A stretch of DNA of 64,000 nucleotides, from assembly GCA_016201795.1 (NCBI GenBank), contig JACQCF010000014.1:49648-113647 (forward strand). Direction: 5' to 3'. Positions within the stretch are counted from its first letter, which is position 1, and each line of letters begins with the position of its first letter. Below, in pieces: positions 28,730-38,224 of this stretch. Made by a program: the position numbers and the translations under genes. The notes under the pieces were generated by a model, which made no database searches, was not told the origin of the DNA, and was given only the letters and a program-made list of their open reading frames with translations. Source of the stretch: Candidatus Omnitrophota bacterium (lineage in GTDB: Bacteria; Omnitrophota; Gorgyraeia; Zapsychrales; Fredricksoniimonadaceae).

Positions 28730-29911
28730 ATGAAAAGGAATTCCTTAAAACATCTTTTTTTATCTTTACTGGTTATTTTCTGCTGGGTGGCCATCCCTGT
28801 GTGTGTGGCGGCGTACACTTTTTTGACCACGACCTGGGGGGCTAAAACGGTTGTCACTCAGTTGATGAAATTTTATATGCCGCTGGCACAGGTTACCATC
28901 GGCAGTTATGAGGGAACGATTGAAAAAGGACTTTTGCTTAAAGAGGTGGCTATCCATCATATCCCCGCCATGGAGAAAGAGGATGCTCTTTATCTTCAAC
29001 AGCTTTATGTGCAGATTCCTTTGATTGATTGGCGTCAGGTATTTGTGAAAATCACCAACGGCCGTCTGGTGTTGGGTTCTTCGGACCCCATGGTGTTTAA
29101 TGGTTTGATGATCCGGGATCAAATTCAGGGTAATTGTTATGCGCGCAGTGTCGATGTGCGTCATCTGATCGCTGTGTTAGGATATCATGATTTGGCTAGA
29201 TTGTTATATGGTTTCATTAGCCACGTGGATTTGCGCGTGCAGGGAGCTGTTTTTTCCCCGTGGTTTATAGGGCATTTCTTGGTCGATCACATTACTTATA
29301 AAGGTACGCGGTTAAGCGATGGTTTTGGCCGTTTGGATTTAATGGTCAAGTCTCTGGGTCCTCATCCTTTGATGACGGGCTACGTGATCATGGATTCTGC
29401 TTTGGTGGAAACAGGACGGATCAACGTTGATTTGACCACCAGCAAAGCGGATTTTAAAGGGGATGCCTTAAACCCTCTTTTGGATATTCACGGCTCAAGC
29501 AAGGTGGAGGATATTAATATCGATATAGCCATCAAAGGTCCTTTGCAAAGGCCGCAGTTGATGTTTAATTCAGACCCGCCGTTGCCTGAAGATGAGATTA
29601 AGTTTGCTTTAGCCACTGGCAAAAGCTGGGCGGGCATCGATGATCAGTCCAGGGGGGTGGGTTTGCGTAAAAAATTAACTGACGAATTCAACGTGGGTAT
29701 GGAAGTTGAAGAGATCCCATTCCGGCCCGGACAGACACAAAATCCTGGTTATGCTAAAACTATTGAGGGGCAAATGCACGTGACCGATAAACTTTCCGTC
29801 AATATTGCCAAGAAGTTTCTTCCTGCCGACACAGCCACGACCTCAGGTACTTCCCAGCCAGAAAAAGACAACGAAGCCGAATTTTATCTTAAATATAAGC
29901 AGCGCTTTTAA
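28730..29911 (+). CDS. TamB/AsmA C-terminal (DUF490)-like membrane-anchored protein
   Basis: N-terminal TM anchor. The C-terminal beta-rich region (INIDIAIKGPLQRPQLMFNSDPPLPEDEIKFALATGKSW) resembles the TamB C-terminal domain. Confidence 0.4.
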   Translation: MKRNSLKHLFLSLLVIFCWVAIPVCVAAYTFLTTTWGAKTVVTQLMKFYMPLAQVTIGSYEGTIEKGLLLKEVAIHHIPAMEKEDALYLQQLYVQIPLIDWRQVFVKITNGRLVLGSSDPMVFNGLMIRDQIQGNCYARSVDVRHLIAVLGYHDLARLLYGFISHVDLRVQGAVFSPWFIGHFLVDHITYKGTRLSDGFGRLDLMVKSLGPHPLMTGYVIMDSALVETGRINVDLTTSKADFKGDALNPLLDIHGSSKVEDINIDIAIKGPLQRPQLMFNSDPPLPEDEIKFALATGKSWAGIDDQSRGVGLRKKLTDEFNVGMEVEEIPFRPGQTQNPGYAKTIEGQMHVTDKLSVNIAKKFLPADTATTSGTSQPEKDNEAEFYLKYKQRF

Positions 29912-29960
29912 CCGATTGATTAACTTTTTGACAACAAATGTTTAGATGTGTTTTGTCATT

Positions 29961-30063
29961 GGATTCCCTCCCCCTTTGTGGGGAGGGTAAGGGAGGGGGT
30001 ATAAAAACGATGATCTCCGTTGATCCCCCTCCCCTAGCCCCTCCCACCAGGGGATGGGAATCA
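29961..30063. repeat. Solo copy of the DUF559-associated palindromic element (no endonuclease ORF)
   Basis: ggattccctccccctttgtggggagggtaagggaggggg, a roughly 25-nt core, then tccccctcccctagcccctcccaccaggggatgggaatc. Both arms are related to the arms flanking the DUF559 gene at 1803-2205. Confidence 0.6.
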
Positions 30064-30071
30064 ACAATTGT

Positions 30072-30121
30072 TTGACAAAAATTAATTTTTTTGTATACTT
30101 AAGTATTACTTAGTAATACTT
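30072..30121 (+). promoter_or_regulatory. Sigma70-like promoter (TTGACA, 16-nt spacer, TATACT) overlapped by a 21-bp palindrome AAGTATTA-cttag-TAATACTT (candidate operator)
   Basis: ttgaca at 30072-30077, tatact at 30094-30099, and the palindrome at 30101-30121 directly before the ribosome-binding site of the RHH gene. Confidence 0.5.
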
Positions 30122-30134
30122 TCAAGGAGAAAAT

Positions 30135-30392
30135 ATGGCTAATACCAAAGACCTTGAGGTGATCACCTTTAAAGTGGATAAGGCGCTGGTGAAATTATTA
30201 AAAGGTATCCCCAACCGTTCGGAATTTATCCGGGTGGCCCTGCTGGAGGCTCTGGATAATTTGTGTCCCTTTTGCCGGGGAACCGGGGTACTTACCCCTC
30301 ATCGCAAAAAGCACTGGGATGAGTTGGCGAAACATCATGGTAAAAAAGAATGCAGACAATGTCATGAAGATGTTCTGGTGTGTTCTTCTTAG
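30135..30392 (+). CDS. Ribbon-helix-helix (CopG/NikR-type) DNA-binding protein with C-terminal Cys/His zinc-ribbon-like tail
   Basis: RHH signature (EVITFKVDKALVKLL...RSEFIRVALLEAL), then CPFCRGTG...H...H...CRQCHE. It lies first in the znuABC operon. Confidence 0.55.
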   Translation: MANTKDLEVITFKVDKALVKLLKGIPNRSEFIRVALLEALDNLCPFCRGTGVLTPHRKKHWDELAKHHGKKECRQCHEDVLVCSS

Positions 30393-31278
30393 TGGGGGGT
30401 TTTTCTTTAGTCCTGCGATTGGCTACAGCGAACCTTTAGTAAAATTAAAGGCGGTGGCCACCAACAGCATGGTGGCCAATTGGATTAAAAACATTGCCGG
30501 TGATCAGGTAGTTTTAACGACGCTGGTGGGAGCCAATGCGGATGTACATACCTTTGAACCGACGCCCTCAGACAATGTGGCTCTGGCCAAAGCGGACATC
30601 ATTTTTGAGATCGGCTTAGGGTTTGAGCATTGGATGAATCGGCTGTATGCCGCTTCAGCTTCGCGTGCCAAACGTATTGTCCTAACCGATCAAGTTGTCA
30701 GCCAGCCGCTGACTATTTTAAGATTAGGCCAAAAGCATGGTGAAGATGTAGACCCGCATGTGTGGCATAACGTACGTTATGTAATGGGTATGGTTAAACG
30801 TATGGGCAGCGCGCTGGCATCTGCTGATCCGGCCCACGCCGCTATTTATAAGGCCAATACCATATCCTATTTGAAACAGTTAGAAGCCTTAGAAGCCTGG
30901 GCCATCAGGAAAGTAGCTGAGGTTCCTCGAGAGCGGCGTAAATTGGTGACGAATCATGATAGCCTTGGTTATTTGTGCCAGCACTATGGATTTGATTTAA
31001 TCGGTGCGGCCTTTGAGTCAGCCACCACGGAGGCCGAGGACCCTTCTGCCAGAGACATCGCTCATTTGATTGATAAAATTAAAACTTCAGGAGTGCCTGT
31101 TGTTTTTGCTGAGAATATCCATAACTCTCAATTGTTAGCCTCGATAGCCCGGGAAGCGCATGTTCAATTAGCTCCGCCTTTATATACCGACGCCTTAGGA
31201 TCCCAGCCAAGCCAGGCGGATACGTATATTAAAATGATGCGTTATAACATCGAAACGATTGTCAGGATGCTTCAATGA
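30364..31278 (+). CDS. znuA: Metal (zinc/manganese) ABC transporter substrate-binding protein, TroA/ZnuA family
   Basis: Signal peptide. Cluster-9 substrate-binding-protein fold, with metal-coordinating His-containing segments DVHTFEP and DPHVWHN. Confidence 0.8.
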   Translation: MKMFWCVLLSGGFFFSPAIGYSEPLVKLKAVATNSMVANWIKNIAGDQVVLTTLVGANADVHTFEPTPSDNVALAKADIIFEIGLGFEHWMNRLYAASASRAKRIVLTDQVVSQPLTILRLGQKHGEDVDPHVWHNVRYVMGMVKRMGSALASADPAHAAIYKANTISYLKQLEALEAWAIRKVAEVPRERRKLVTNHDSLGYLCQHYGFDLIGAAFESATTEAEDPSARDIAHLIDKIKTSGVPVVFAENIHNSQLLASIAREAHVQLAPPLYTDALGSQPSQADTYIKMMRYNIETIVRMLQ

Positions 31279-31997
31279 ATTTTTTTATTTCTTATTGCCA
31301 GCACAGCCATCGTCATCCCAAAGCCGAAGCACCGGCTCTTCGGATGAAGGATGTTTGTGCTTCTTATGAAGGGGATGATAAGCTGGCTTTAAAAAATATT
31401 TCTTTTTCTGTACCTCGGGGTGTGTCGATGGCGCTGGTGGGGCCAAATGGCGCCGGCAAATCCACGTTGTTTAAAGTAGCCTCCAATTTGCTGAAAATGT
31501 CCTCGGGCAAGGTGGAAATTTTCGGCCAGCCTTTGGGCGCCTGCCATCAGCATGTGGTGTATTTGCCCCAGCGCAGCGACATTGACTGGCAATTTCCCAT
31601 GAGCGTTTTAGATTTAGTTTTAACCGGCCGTTATGTGTATTTGGGTTGGCTGCGTTCTTTGGGCCGTCAAGATTACCACAAGGCCTGGGAAGCTTTAGAA
31701 AATTTGAGCATCGAAGATTTGAGCCATCGGCAAATTGCCCAGCTTTCCGGAGGGCAGCAGCAAAGAGTTTTAATTGCCCGGGCCCTGGTGCAGGATGCAG
31801 ATTTGCTTTTATTGGACGAGCCGCTCAATGCCATCGACGCTCAAACCCGCGCTATTGTGCAAAAAGTTTTGAATCATCTAAAAGCCAAAGGTAAAACCAC
31901 TTTGATGGCCACGCATTATTTCAATCCGCAAGAAGGCCTTTATGACGTGGCTATTTACCTTAAAGACGGGGAAATGATTCGGGAGAAAGTAACATGA
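31275..31997 (+). CDS. znuC: Metal ABC transporter ATP-binding protein
   Basis: Walker A (GPNGAGKST), LSGGQQQRV and the Walker B motif DEP. Confidence 0.85.
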   Translation: MNFFISYCQHSHRHPKAEAPALRMKDVCASYEGDDKLALKNISFSVPRGVSMALVGPNGAGKSTLFKVASNLLKMSSGKVEIFGQPLGACHQHVVYLPQRSDIDWQFPMSVLDLVLTGRYVYLGWLRSLGRQDYHKAWEALENLSIEDLSHRQIAQLSGGQQQRVLIARALVQDADLLLLDEPLNAIDAQTRAIVQKVLNHLKAKGKTTLMATHYFNPQEGLYDVAIYLKDGEMIREKVT

Positions 31998-32842
31998 GTG
32001 AACCTTTTCAATATGTGTTTATGCAGCGTGCTTTGGTCGCAGCGGTGGTTGTCGGGGTGCTTTGCGCGTGTTTAGGGACGCTGGTGGTTTTGCGGCGCAT
32101 GTCTTTAGTTGGCCATGCGCTCACCCATAGCGCTTTGCCCGGGCTTGCGATTGCTTATGTTTTGGGGTTAAATATTTTTGGCGGGGCGGTGGTGGCCACG
32201 GTATTGACGGCACTGTTGATTGGGTGGTTGGCCAAAAATGAAGCGGTCTATGAGGACACCTCTGTCGGGATCATCCCGACGCTTATGTTTGCACTGGGGA
32301 TTTTGGTGATTAGTTCCACCAAATCTTACCGCGACATGTCGGCGATGCTTTTCGGTAATATCCTGGGAGTGACCCAAACGGATTTACGCTTAACCATAGC
32401 TATTGCCTTAGGAACGCTTTTGGTGTTGCTATTGTTTTATAAGGAGTGGAAACTGTTATGCGTTGATCCCAATTACGCTAAAACCATCGGGATTCCCTTA
32501 AATATTTTGCGCTATGGTTTGCTTTTATTGCTGGCCTTGACGGTGGTGGTCGGCATTCAGGCCGTGGGAACGATTTTAACCAATGCGCTCTTGGTGATTC
32601 CCGCGGCAGCCGCGAGACTTTTGACCAACCGTTTAGGCGTTATGATCGTATGGTCTTGTGTTTTTGCCGTGCTGTCGGCCTTAGCCGGTGTTTTTCTTTC
32701 GTATTATTTTGGTTTGTCTTCCGGGGCCAGTATTGTTTTATGCTGCGGCCTTTGTTTTATTATTTGTTGGTTGATTCGTCCTTCGATTTCACTCAGGACA
32801 AATCCTGAGCGTAAGTCGAAGGATTCGTGTTGTGTAAAATAA
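31994..32842 (+). CDS. znuB: Metal ABC transporter permease
   Basis: ABC-3 family permease with 8-9 TM segments. It is translationally coupled to znuC. Confidence 0.85.
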   Translation: MSEPFQYVFMQRALVAAVVVGVLCACLGTLVVLRRMSLVGHALTHSALPGLAIAYVLGLNIFGGAVVATVLTALLIGWLAKNEAVYEDTSVGIIPTLMFALGILVISSTKSYRDMSAMLFGNILGVTQTDLRLTIAIALGTLLVLLLFYKEWKLLCVDPNYAKTIGIPLNILRYGLLLLLALTVVVGIQAVGTILTNALLVIPAAAARLLTNRLGVMIVWSCVFAVLSALAGVFLSYYFGLSSGASIVLCCGLCFIICWLIRPSISLRTNPERKSKDSCCVK

Positions 32843-32897
32843 AAAAGTCATGTTATGATATCTGCAATTTTAACCCCATTCAACATAAGGAAAATGT

Positions 32898-33419
32898 ATG
32901 ACAACGATTAAAATCATTGTTTTAGCTATGGTGTTGGCCGGATGGATGTCGGTGAGTTTTGCTGAAGATGCACTGGTTGCGGCGGGCAAGAAAATCAAAA
33001 TGGATTATACCCTGACGGTTAATAATGAACAGGTGGAGACTTCCGTCGGCAAACAACCATTGGAATTTGTTGACGGTGATCATAGCATCATCCCCGGTTT
33101 GGAAAAAGGTATTGAAGGCATGCGGGTGGGAGAGGAAAAAACCATTACCGTGGAGCCCAAAGATGCCTACGGCGAAGCAGACCCCAAACTTTTTAAGGAG
33201 CTCCCTAAAATCAGCATGCCGGCCAATGCGCAGCCCAAAGTTGGTATGGTGTTGCAGGCGCAGGATCCTAACGGGGAAAGTTTTCCAGCGATCATTTCTG
33301 CCATCAAGGACGATAAAGTGCTCTTGGATTTCAACCATCCTTTAGCCGGTAAACAATTGACTTTTAAAATCAAGATTTTAGGTATCGAGAATGTTGTACC
33401 GGCAGCAGCTGCCAAGTAA
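32898..33419 (+). CDS. Periplasmic FKBP-type peptidyl-prolyl isomerase, SlyD-like with insert-in-flap domain
   Basis: Signal peptide. FKBP core (VDGDHSIIPGLEKGIEGMRVGEEKTI...) with an IF-domain insertion. It has no His-rich tail. Confidence 0.75.
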   Translation: MTTIKIIVLAMVLAGWMSVSFAEDALVAAGKKIKMDYTLTVNNEQVETSVGKQPLEFVDGDHSIIPGLEKGIEGMRVGEEKTITVEPKDAYGEADPKLFKELPKISMPANAQPKVGMVLQAQDPNGESFPAIISAIKDDKVLLDFNHPLAGKQLTFKIKILGIENVVPAAAAK

Positions 33420-33422
33420 AAA

Positions 33423-34208
33423 CTACGGTGGCGTCGGTAAGAGATTGATAAGAGTGGTAATCAGAAGCATGGTGACCAGGCCGATCATCATTCCCCAGGA
33501 GGTGAGGGTTTTACCGCCTTCTTCGATGGCCTCCGGCAAGAGTTCCGCAATGACTAAATAAATCATGGCACCTCCCGCAAATCCAAGACCGACAGGAAGA
33601 AGCGGCACAAACAGCCAGGCCAAAAGGGCGGCGGGTGCGGCTAAAATCGGCTGAGGCACGCTGGTTAAAATGGAAGCCCAGGCGCAGCGCAGGGTGGAAG
33701 CCCCGTCTTTTTTTAGCGGCAAAGACACGGCAATGCCTTCGGGGATATTGTGCACGCCGATGGCAATGGCCATAACCAAACCGAGATGAAAATTACCGGT
33801 GGCAAAACCAACCCCAATCGCAACACCCTCCGGGATCGAATGAACAAACATGGAAATAAAAATCAAAATGCCTTTTTTGGAAAAACCATGGGCCAGGTGG
33901 TGCTGTTCCAGATGATAATGATGCACGAATTTGTCCGTCCACCACAGGAATAAAGCACCCAGCAACAGACCGATCATGACTTCATAAGGGGCCAGGGGGA
34001 ATTTGCTTTTAAGGGCAATACCTTCCTGGGCCAGCGAGAAGATGGATGCGGAAATCATCATGCCCGAGGCAAAAGCGCCGGAAAAAGCCCTTAAGATGTT
34101 GGAGTTGTTTTTAACGAAATGAACGGGGATGGCGCCCAGACCCGTCGCCAAACAGCTAATGACGCCGGTTAACGTGGACCAGTAAATTAAATACATTTGT
34201 TCATTCAT
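33423..34208 (-). CDS. zupT: ZIP-family zinc transporter
   Basis: HHYHLEQHHLAH histidine-rich loop and HNIPEGIAV / HSIPEGVAIG ZIP signatures. Confidence 0.85.
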   Translation of the reverse strand: MNEQMYLIYWSTLTGVISCLATGLGAIPVHFVKNNSNILRAFSGAFASGMMISASIFSLAQEGIALKSKFPLAPYEVMIGLLLGALFLWWTDKFVHHYHLEQHHLAHGFSKKGILIFISMFVHSIPEGVAIGVGFATGNFHLGLVMAIAIGVHNIPEGIAVSLPLKKDGASTLRCAWASILTSVPQPILAAPAALLAWLFVPLLPVGLGFAGGAMIYLVIAELLPEAIEEGGKTLTSWGMMIGLVTMLLITTLINLLPTPP

Positions 34209-34400
34209 GGTTCGACGCGCTTCGCTTGCTCACCATTGATTTTTATGTGACGGCATAATTTACCATATTTTCAGATATCCTCAAGAGGTTTTCATCGAGA
34301 TTTCATATGTCCTTAATCTGATCTTAACAATAATGTTTTATATTCAAGCTGTCTTCAAATGCTTGATTGATGAAGAATTTTAGCCCGGAAGGAGAGCGAG

Positions 34401-35603
34401 ATGTTGTTTAAGAGGAAATGGAAGATTTTTTTAGTGTTGGGAATGGTGACAGGGGTAGCCGTTGCTGGCGCATTTGCTCAAACAGCTGATCACGTTTTAT
34501 CCAATGAAGAACTTTCCCAGCAAGTCCGTGAACTTCAAAAACAGTTGCGGAATATGCAACAGGTGATTCAGAAACAAAATGAGATTATTGAAAAATTAAG
34601 TCATCAGCCTGTGGAAGCCCAACCCTCGATACAACAGATAGCCGAGGTCAAGGAGCAGCTTAAACAGGAAATCAAAGCGGATATCAAAAAGGATGAACCG
34701 TCCTTTCTGCGGGTTGGTAAAGGGAATGTTGATTTAAGTTTGCTTGTTCAGGAATGGTATGTGGTTGACGATCATGCTCATGATAATTTCCGTCATCGTC
34801 GCTTGGAATTGGGAGTGGGGGGAAATCTTATTGATCATTTGAAATGGAAACTTGTGACTGATCCAAGTCTGGTTCAGGAAGATAACACCACCCGTAGTAT
34901 TTTAAAAGATGCTTACGTCGGTTACGATGGTATCCCACATCATACGATCCAAATGGGGCAGTATAAAATTCCGGTTACAGAAGAAGGGTTTCGTTCATCG
35001 GCCAAAATTGATACCGCGGAACGCTCTTTTATTGGACGGACTTATGGTGATAAACGTGATATTGGTGTCATGGCATCAGGCAATTGGAAATATGCCGATT
35101 ACCAGCTGGGAGTTTTTAACGGTGAAGGGCCCAATAAAAGCGATACCAATGACCACAAAGACATTGCGGGAAGGTTTGTTCTAAAACTTTTCCCGGATAA
35201 TAACTTCTGGAAAGGTTTACAAGTGGGCAGCTCTTTTTACGAACGGCCTTCACATGTAACTTCACCTGTTAAAAAGCGTATTGGGGCAGAGGCGAGATTT
35301 GAATATGACAAATTTTCACTCAAAAGTGAATTCATGAAAGCCCAAGATGGAGCCATACCATCGAATGGATGGTACACGCAGTTGGGGTATTTTATTGCCC
35401 CTAAATGGCAGCTGATTGCTAAGTATGAAGGATTTGACCCCAACGAACAGGCCTCAGGAGATCAAGAATTTGATACGACTATTGGTCTTAATTATTTCTT
35501 GATTAATCCAACGACTAAATTGCAACTTAATTATGTGCATAAAACAGTCCGTGGCGGTGCCGATGATAATCAGATTATTACTGCGGCGCAATATGCCTTT
35601 TAA
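34401..35603 (+). CDS. Phosphate-selective porin (OprO/OprP-like) outer-membrane protein
   Basis: Signal peptide. N-terminal coiled-coil. Beta-barrel with a C-terminal aromatic residue (AQYAF). It lies directly upstream of pstSCAB. Confidence 0.6.
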   Translation: MLFKRKWKIFLVLGMVTGVAVAGAFAQTADHVLSNEELSQQVRELQKQLRNMQQVIQKQNEIIEKLSHQPVEAQPSIQQIAEVKEQLKQEIKADIKKDEPSFLRVGKGNVDLSLLVQEWYVVDDHAHDNFRHRRLELGVGGNLIDHLKWKLVTDPSLVQEDNTTRSILKDAYVGYDGIPHHTIQMGQYKIPVTEEGFRSSAKIDTAERSFIGRTYGDKRDIGVMASGNWKYADYQLGVFNGEGPNKSDTNDHKDIAGRFVLKLFPDNNFWKGLQVGSSFYERPSHVTSPVKKRIGAEARFEYDKFSLKSEFMKAQDGAIPSNGWYTQLGYFIAPKWQLIAKYEGFDPNEQASGDQEFDTTIGLNYFLINPTTKLQLNYVHKTVRGGADDNQIITAAQYAF

Positions 35604-35643
35604 ATAAAAATTTTACTTTTTTAGAGAAAGGGCTGGGATTAAT

Positions 35644-36486
35644 ATGAAAAAATTTTTTATTTTTTTTGTAGTAACGGCCATAGCGACTTTGGTCTGGGCA
35701 GGCGGCAATTCCATCCAGATTAAGGGTTCAGATACCATGGTGAATTTAGGCCAGGCCTGGGCAGAAGCCTACATGGGCAAACATTCTGATGCATTGGTGG
35801 CAGTGACTGGCGGCGGGTCAGGCACCGGCATTGCCGCGCTTTTAAACGGAACGTGTGATATTACCGAGACATCCCGACAAATGGAGAAAGAGGAGATGGA
35901 ACAGGCTAAGACCCGCGGGATTCATCCGCAAGAGTTTATTGTGGCTTTAGATGGCTTGGCGGTTGCGGTGAATCCGGCTAATCCTATCAGTCATTTAACC
36001 ATACCCCAGATCGCAGATATTTTTACAGGCAAGATTAAAAACTGGAAAGAACTAGGGGGGAAGGATCGGCCGATCGTAGTTTTATCCCGGGAGGTCAACT
36101 CCGGCACCCATGTGTATTTCAAAGAGCATGTGCTGCACCATAATGACGCCGATAAGTCTGCGGAATTTTCTCCGGCGGCTCTTTTAATGCCCTCTTCTCA
36201 GGCGATTGCGGATGAAATCGCCCAAAATCCCAATGCCATTGGTTACTACGGGATGGGTTATGTGAGCAAAACTCAAAAGGCCATTGCCGTGGCCAAAGAT
36301 ACCGCTGGTCCCTATTACACCCCGACCATGGAAAATGTTGTTTCTAAACAGTATTACATTTCCCGCCCTTTAATATTCTATACTAACGGTGATCCTCGGG
36401 GCGTGGTGAAAGATTTTATTGATTTTGTTTTCAGCCCACAAGGCCAGGAAATTGTTAAAGACACTGATTTTGTACCGGTGAAATAA
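35644..36486 (+). CDS. pstS: Phosphate ABC transporter substrate-binding protein
   Basis: Signal peptide and the PBP fold (GSDTMVNLGQAWAEAY...TGGGSGTG). Confidence 0.85.
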   Translation: MKKFFIFFVVTAIATLVWAGGNSIQIKGSDTMVNLGQAWAEAYMGKHSDALVAVTGGGSGTGIAALLNGTCDITETSRQMEKEEMEQAKTRGIHPQEFIVALDGLAVAVNPANPISHLTIPQIADIFTGKIKNWKELGGKDRPIVVLSREVNSGTHVYFKEHVLHHNDADKSAEFSPAALLMPSSQAIADEIAQNPNAIGYYGMGYVSKTQKAIAVAKDTAGPYYTPTMENVVSKQYYISRPLIFYTNGDPRGVVKDFIDFVFSPQGQEIVKDTDFVPVK

Positions 36487-36488
36487 TT

Positions 36489-37376
36489 ATGCTTGAACGA
36501 CATTGGACATGGCACCGTGTTAAAGAATTCCTGATCGAAAAATGCATTTATTTAAGCGGTGTCACTTCGATTGTTATTGTCGCGCTCATCTTTATTTTTT
36601 TGGCCAAGGAAGGATTTGCGTTATTTAAGACGGTCGGGGTGGGAGAGTTTTTGTTAGGGATAAAATGGTATCCTATTTCCCATCCGGCCCAATTTGGAAT
36701 CCTTCCTTTAATTATCGGTTCATTGGTTGTCACTATTGGCGCGACCCTGATTGCGGTTCCCATCGGAGTTGCCAGCGCAGTTTATATTTCGGAGGTGGCT
36801 TCCGGAAAAATTAAAGAGGTTTTAAAATCAGGCATTGAAGTCTTGGCTGCAATCCCCAGCGTAGTATTGGGTTTTATCGGGATGATGACGCTAGTACCGT
36901 GGGTCAAGGCTGTTTTTAATCTACCAACGGGCTTAACGGCTTTTTCTGGGGCATTGATGTTAGGATTTATGGCTATGCCGACCATCGTCAGTATCGCCGA
37001 GGATGCGCTTAATGCTGTTCCTAAACGTTATAAAGAAGCGGCGCTGGCGTTGGGGGCCACCCGGTGGCAGGCCATCTGGCGGGTCGTTTTCCCCGCGGCA
37101 TCTTCCGGCATTGTGGCAGCGGTGATGCTTGGCATCGGCCGGGTGATTGGAGAAACCATGGCAGTGATGATGATTACCGGCAATGCCGCGCGTATCCCCA
37201 CCACTATTTTTGAGCCTGTTCGTACCTTGACCGCGACGATTGCGGCGGAGATGGGCGAAACTGTGCGCGGCAGCGACCATTATTCTGCGCTTTTTGCCAT
37301 TGGTATTGTACTTTTTATAATTACGTTTATGATCAATTTGATTGCAGATATAGCGGTTCATCATAAGGCCAAATGA
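36489..37376 (+). CDS. pstC: Phosphate ABC transporter permease
   Basis: 6-TM ABC permease with an EAA loop. It is coupled to pstS and pstA. Confidence 0.85.
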   Translation: MLERHWTWHRVKEFLIEKCIYLSGVTSIVIVALIFIFLAKEGFALFKTVGVGEFLLGIKWYPISHPAQFGILPLIIGSLVVTIGATLIAVPIGVASAVYISEVASGKIKEVLKSGIEVLAAIPSVVLGFIGMMTLVPWVKAVFNLPTGLTAFSGALMLGFMAMPTIVSIAEDALNAVPKRYKEAALALGATRWQAIWRVVFPAASSGIVAAVMLGIGRVIGETMAVMMITGNAARIPTTIFEPVRTLTATIAAEMGETVRGSDHYSALFAIGIVLFIITFMINLIADIAVHHKAK

Positions 37377-38224
37377 TTAAAAATCCTTATTTAAAAGAAA
37401 AGATTGCCTTTACCCTTTTATTCGGCGCCACGGTTCTGGTGGTGTTACCGGTTATTTTTGTTCTTTTCTATATCGTCAAACAAGGATGGCCAGCCATTAA
37501 CTGGGAATTTTTGACTCAGATGCCGCAAAAAGGCATGCGTGCCGGCGGCATTTTCCCGGCGATTATCGGGACTTTATATTTAGTTTTAGGAACGCTTTTG
37601 TTCGCCTTACCGCTGGGGGTGCTCTCAGGCGTTTATTTAACCGAATATGCCAGAGATAATGGACTCACACGGTTAGTGAAGCTGGCAATTATCAATTTGG
37701 CTGGCGTGCCGTCGGTGGTGTACGGGCTTTTCGGGTTGGGAATTTTTGTGGTTTTTCTTAAATTCGGGGCATCCATTCTTGCCGGGTCTCTCACCCTGGC
37801 GATTATGGTTTTGCCCATTATTATTACCACCACCCGCGAGGCTTTAGATAGCGTGCCGCAGTCCTTCCGTCAGGTCAGTTTGTCGTTGGGGGTTTCTAAA
37901 TGGCAGACGATTCGCCACGTGGTGTTGCCGCATGCGATGCCAGGGATTCTAACCGGTATGATTTTGGCAGTTTCGCGCGCGGCCGGAGAAACAGCGCCGA
38001 TCCTTTTTACTGTAGCCGCGTTTTATTTGCCCAGGCTGCCTAAGTCTGTTTTTGATCAGGTCATGGCATTGCCATATCATTTGTACGTGATTTCAACTCA
38101 GGTGCCCCATGTGAAATTGGAGATTCGTTATGGGACGGCGCTGGTATTGCTCATCATTGTTTTATCTTTGAATCTGGTGGCGATCATCGTGCGGGCCCAA
38201 TTCCGTAAGAAGAAAAAATGGTAG
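37373..38224 (+). CDS. pstA: Phosphate ABC transporter permease
   Basis: 6-TM ABC permease. Its stop and start overlap the neighbouring genes. Confidence 0.85.
   Translation: MIKNPYLKEKIAFTLLFGATVLVVLPVIFVLFYIVKQGWPAINWEFLTQMPQKGMRAGGIFPAIIGTLYLVLGTLLFALPLGVLSGVYLTEYARDNGLTRLVKLAIINLAGVPSVVYGLFGLGIFVVFLKFGASILAGSLTLAIMVLPIIITTTREALDSVPQSFRQVSLSLGVSKWQTIRHVVLPHAMPGILTGMILAVSRAAGETAPILFTVAAFYLPRLPKSVFDQVMALPYHLYVISTQVPHVKLEIRYGTALVLLIIVLSLNLVAIIVRAQFRKKKKW

Noticed and set aside
34209-34400. Looked for an E. coli-type Pho box (CTGTCATAAATCTGTCAC-like direct repeats) upstream of the porin-pst operon
   Set aside because: Only loose ttttca/tttcat repeats are present, with no convincing match. 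The PhoB consensus for this lineage is unknown, so no call was made.
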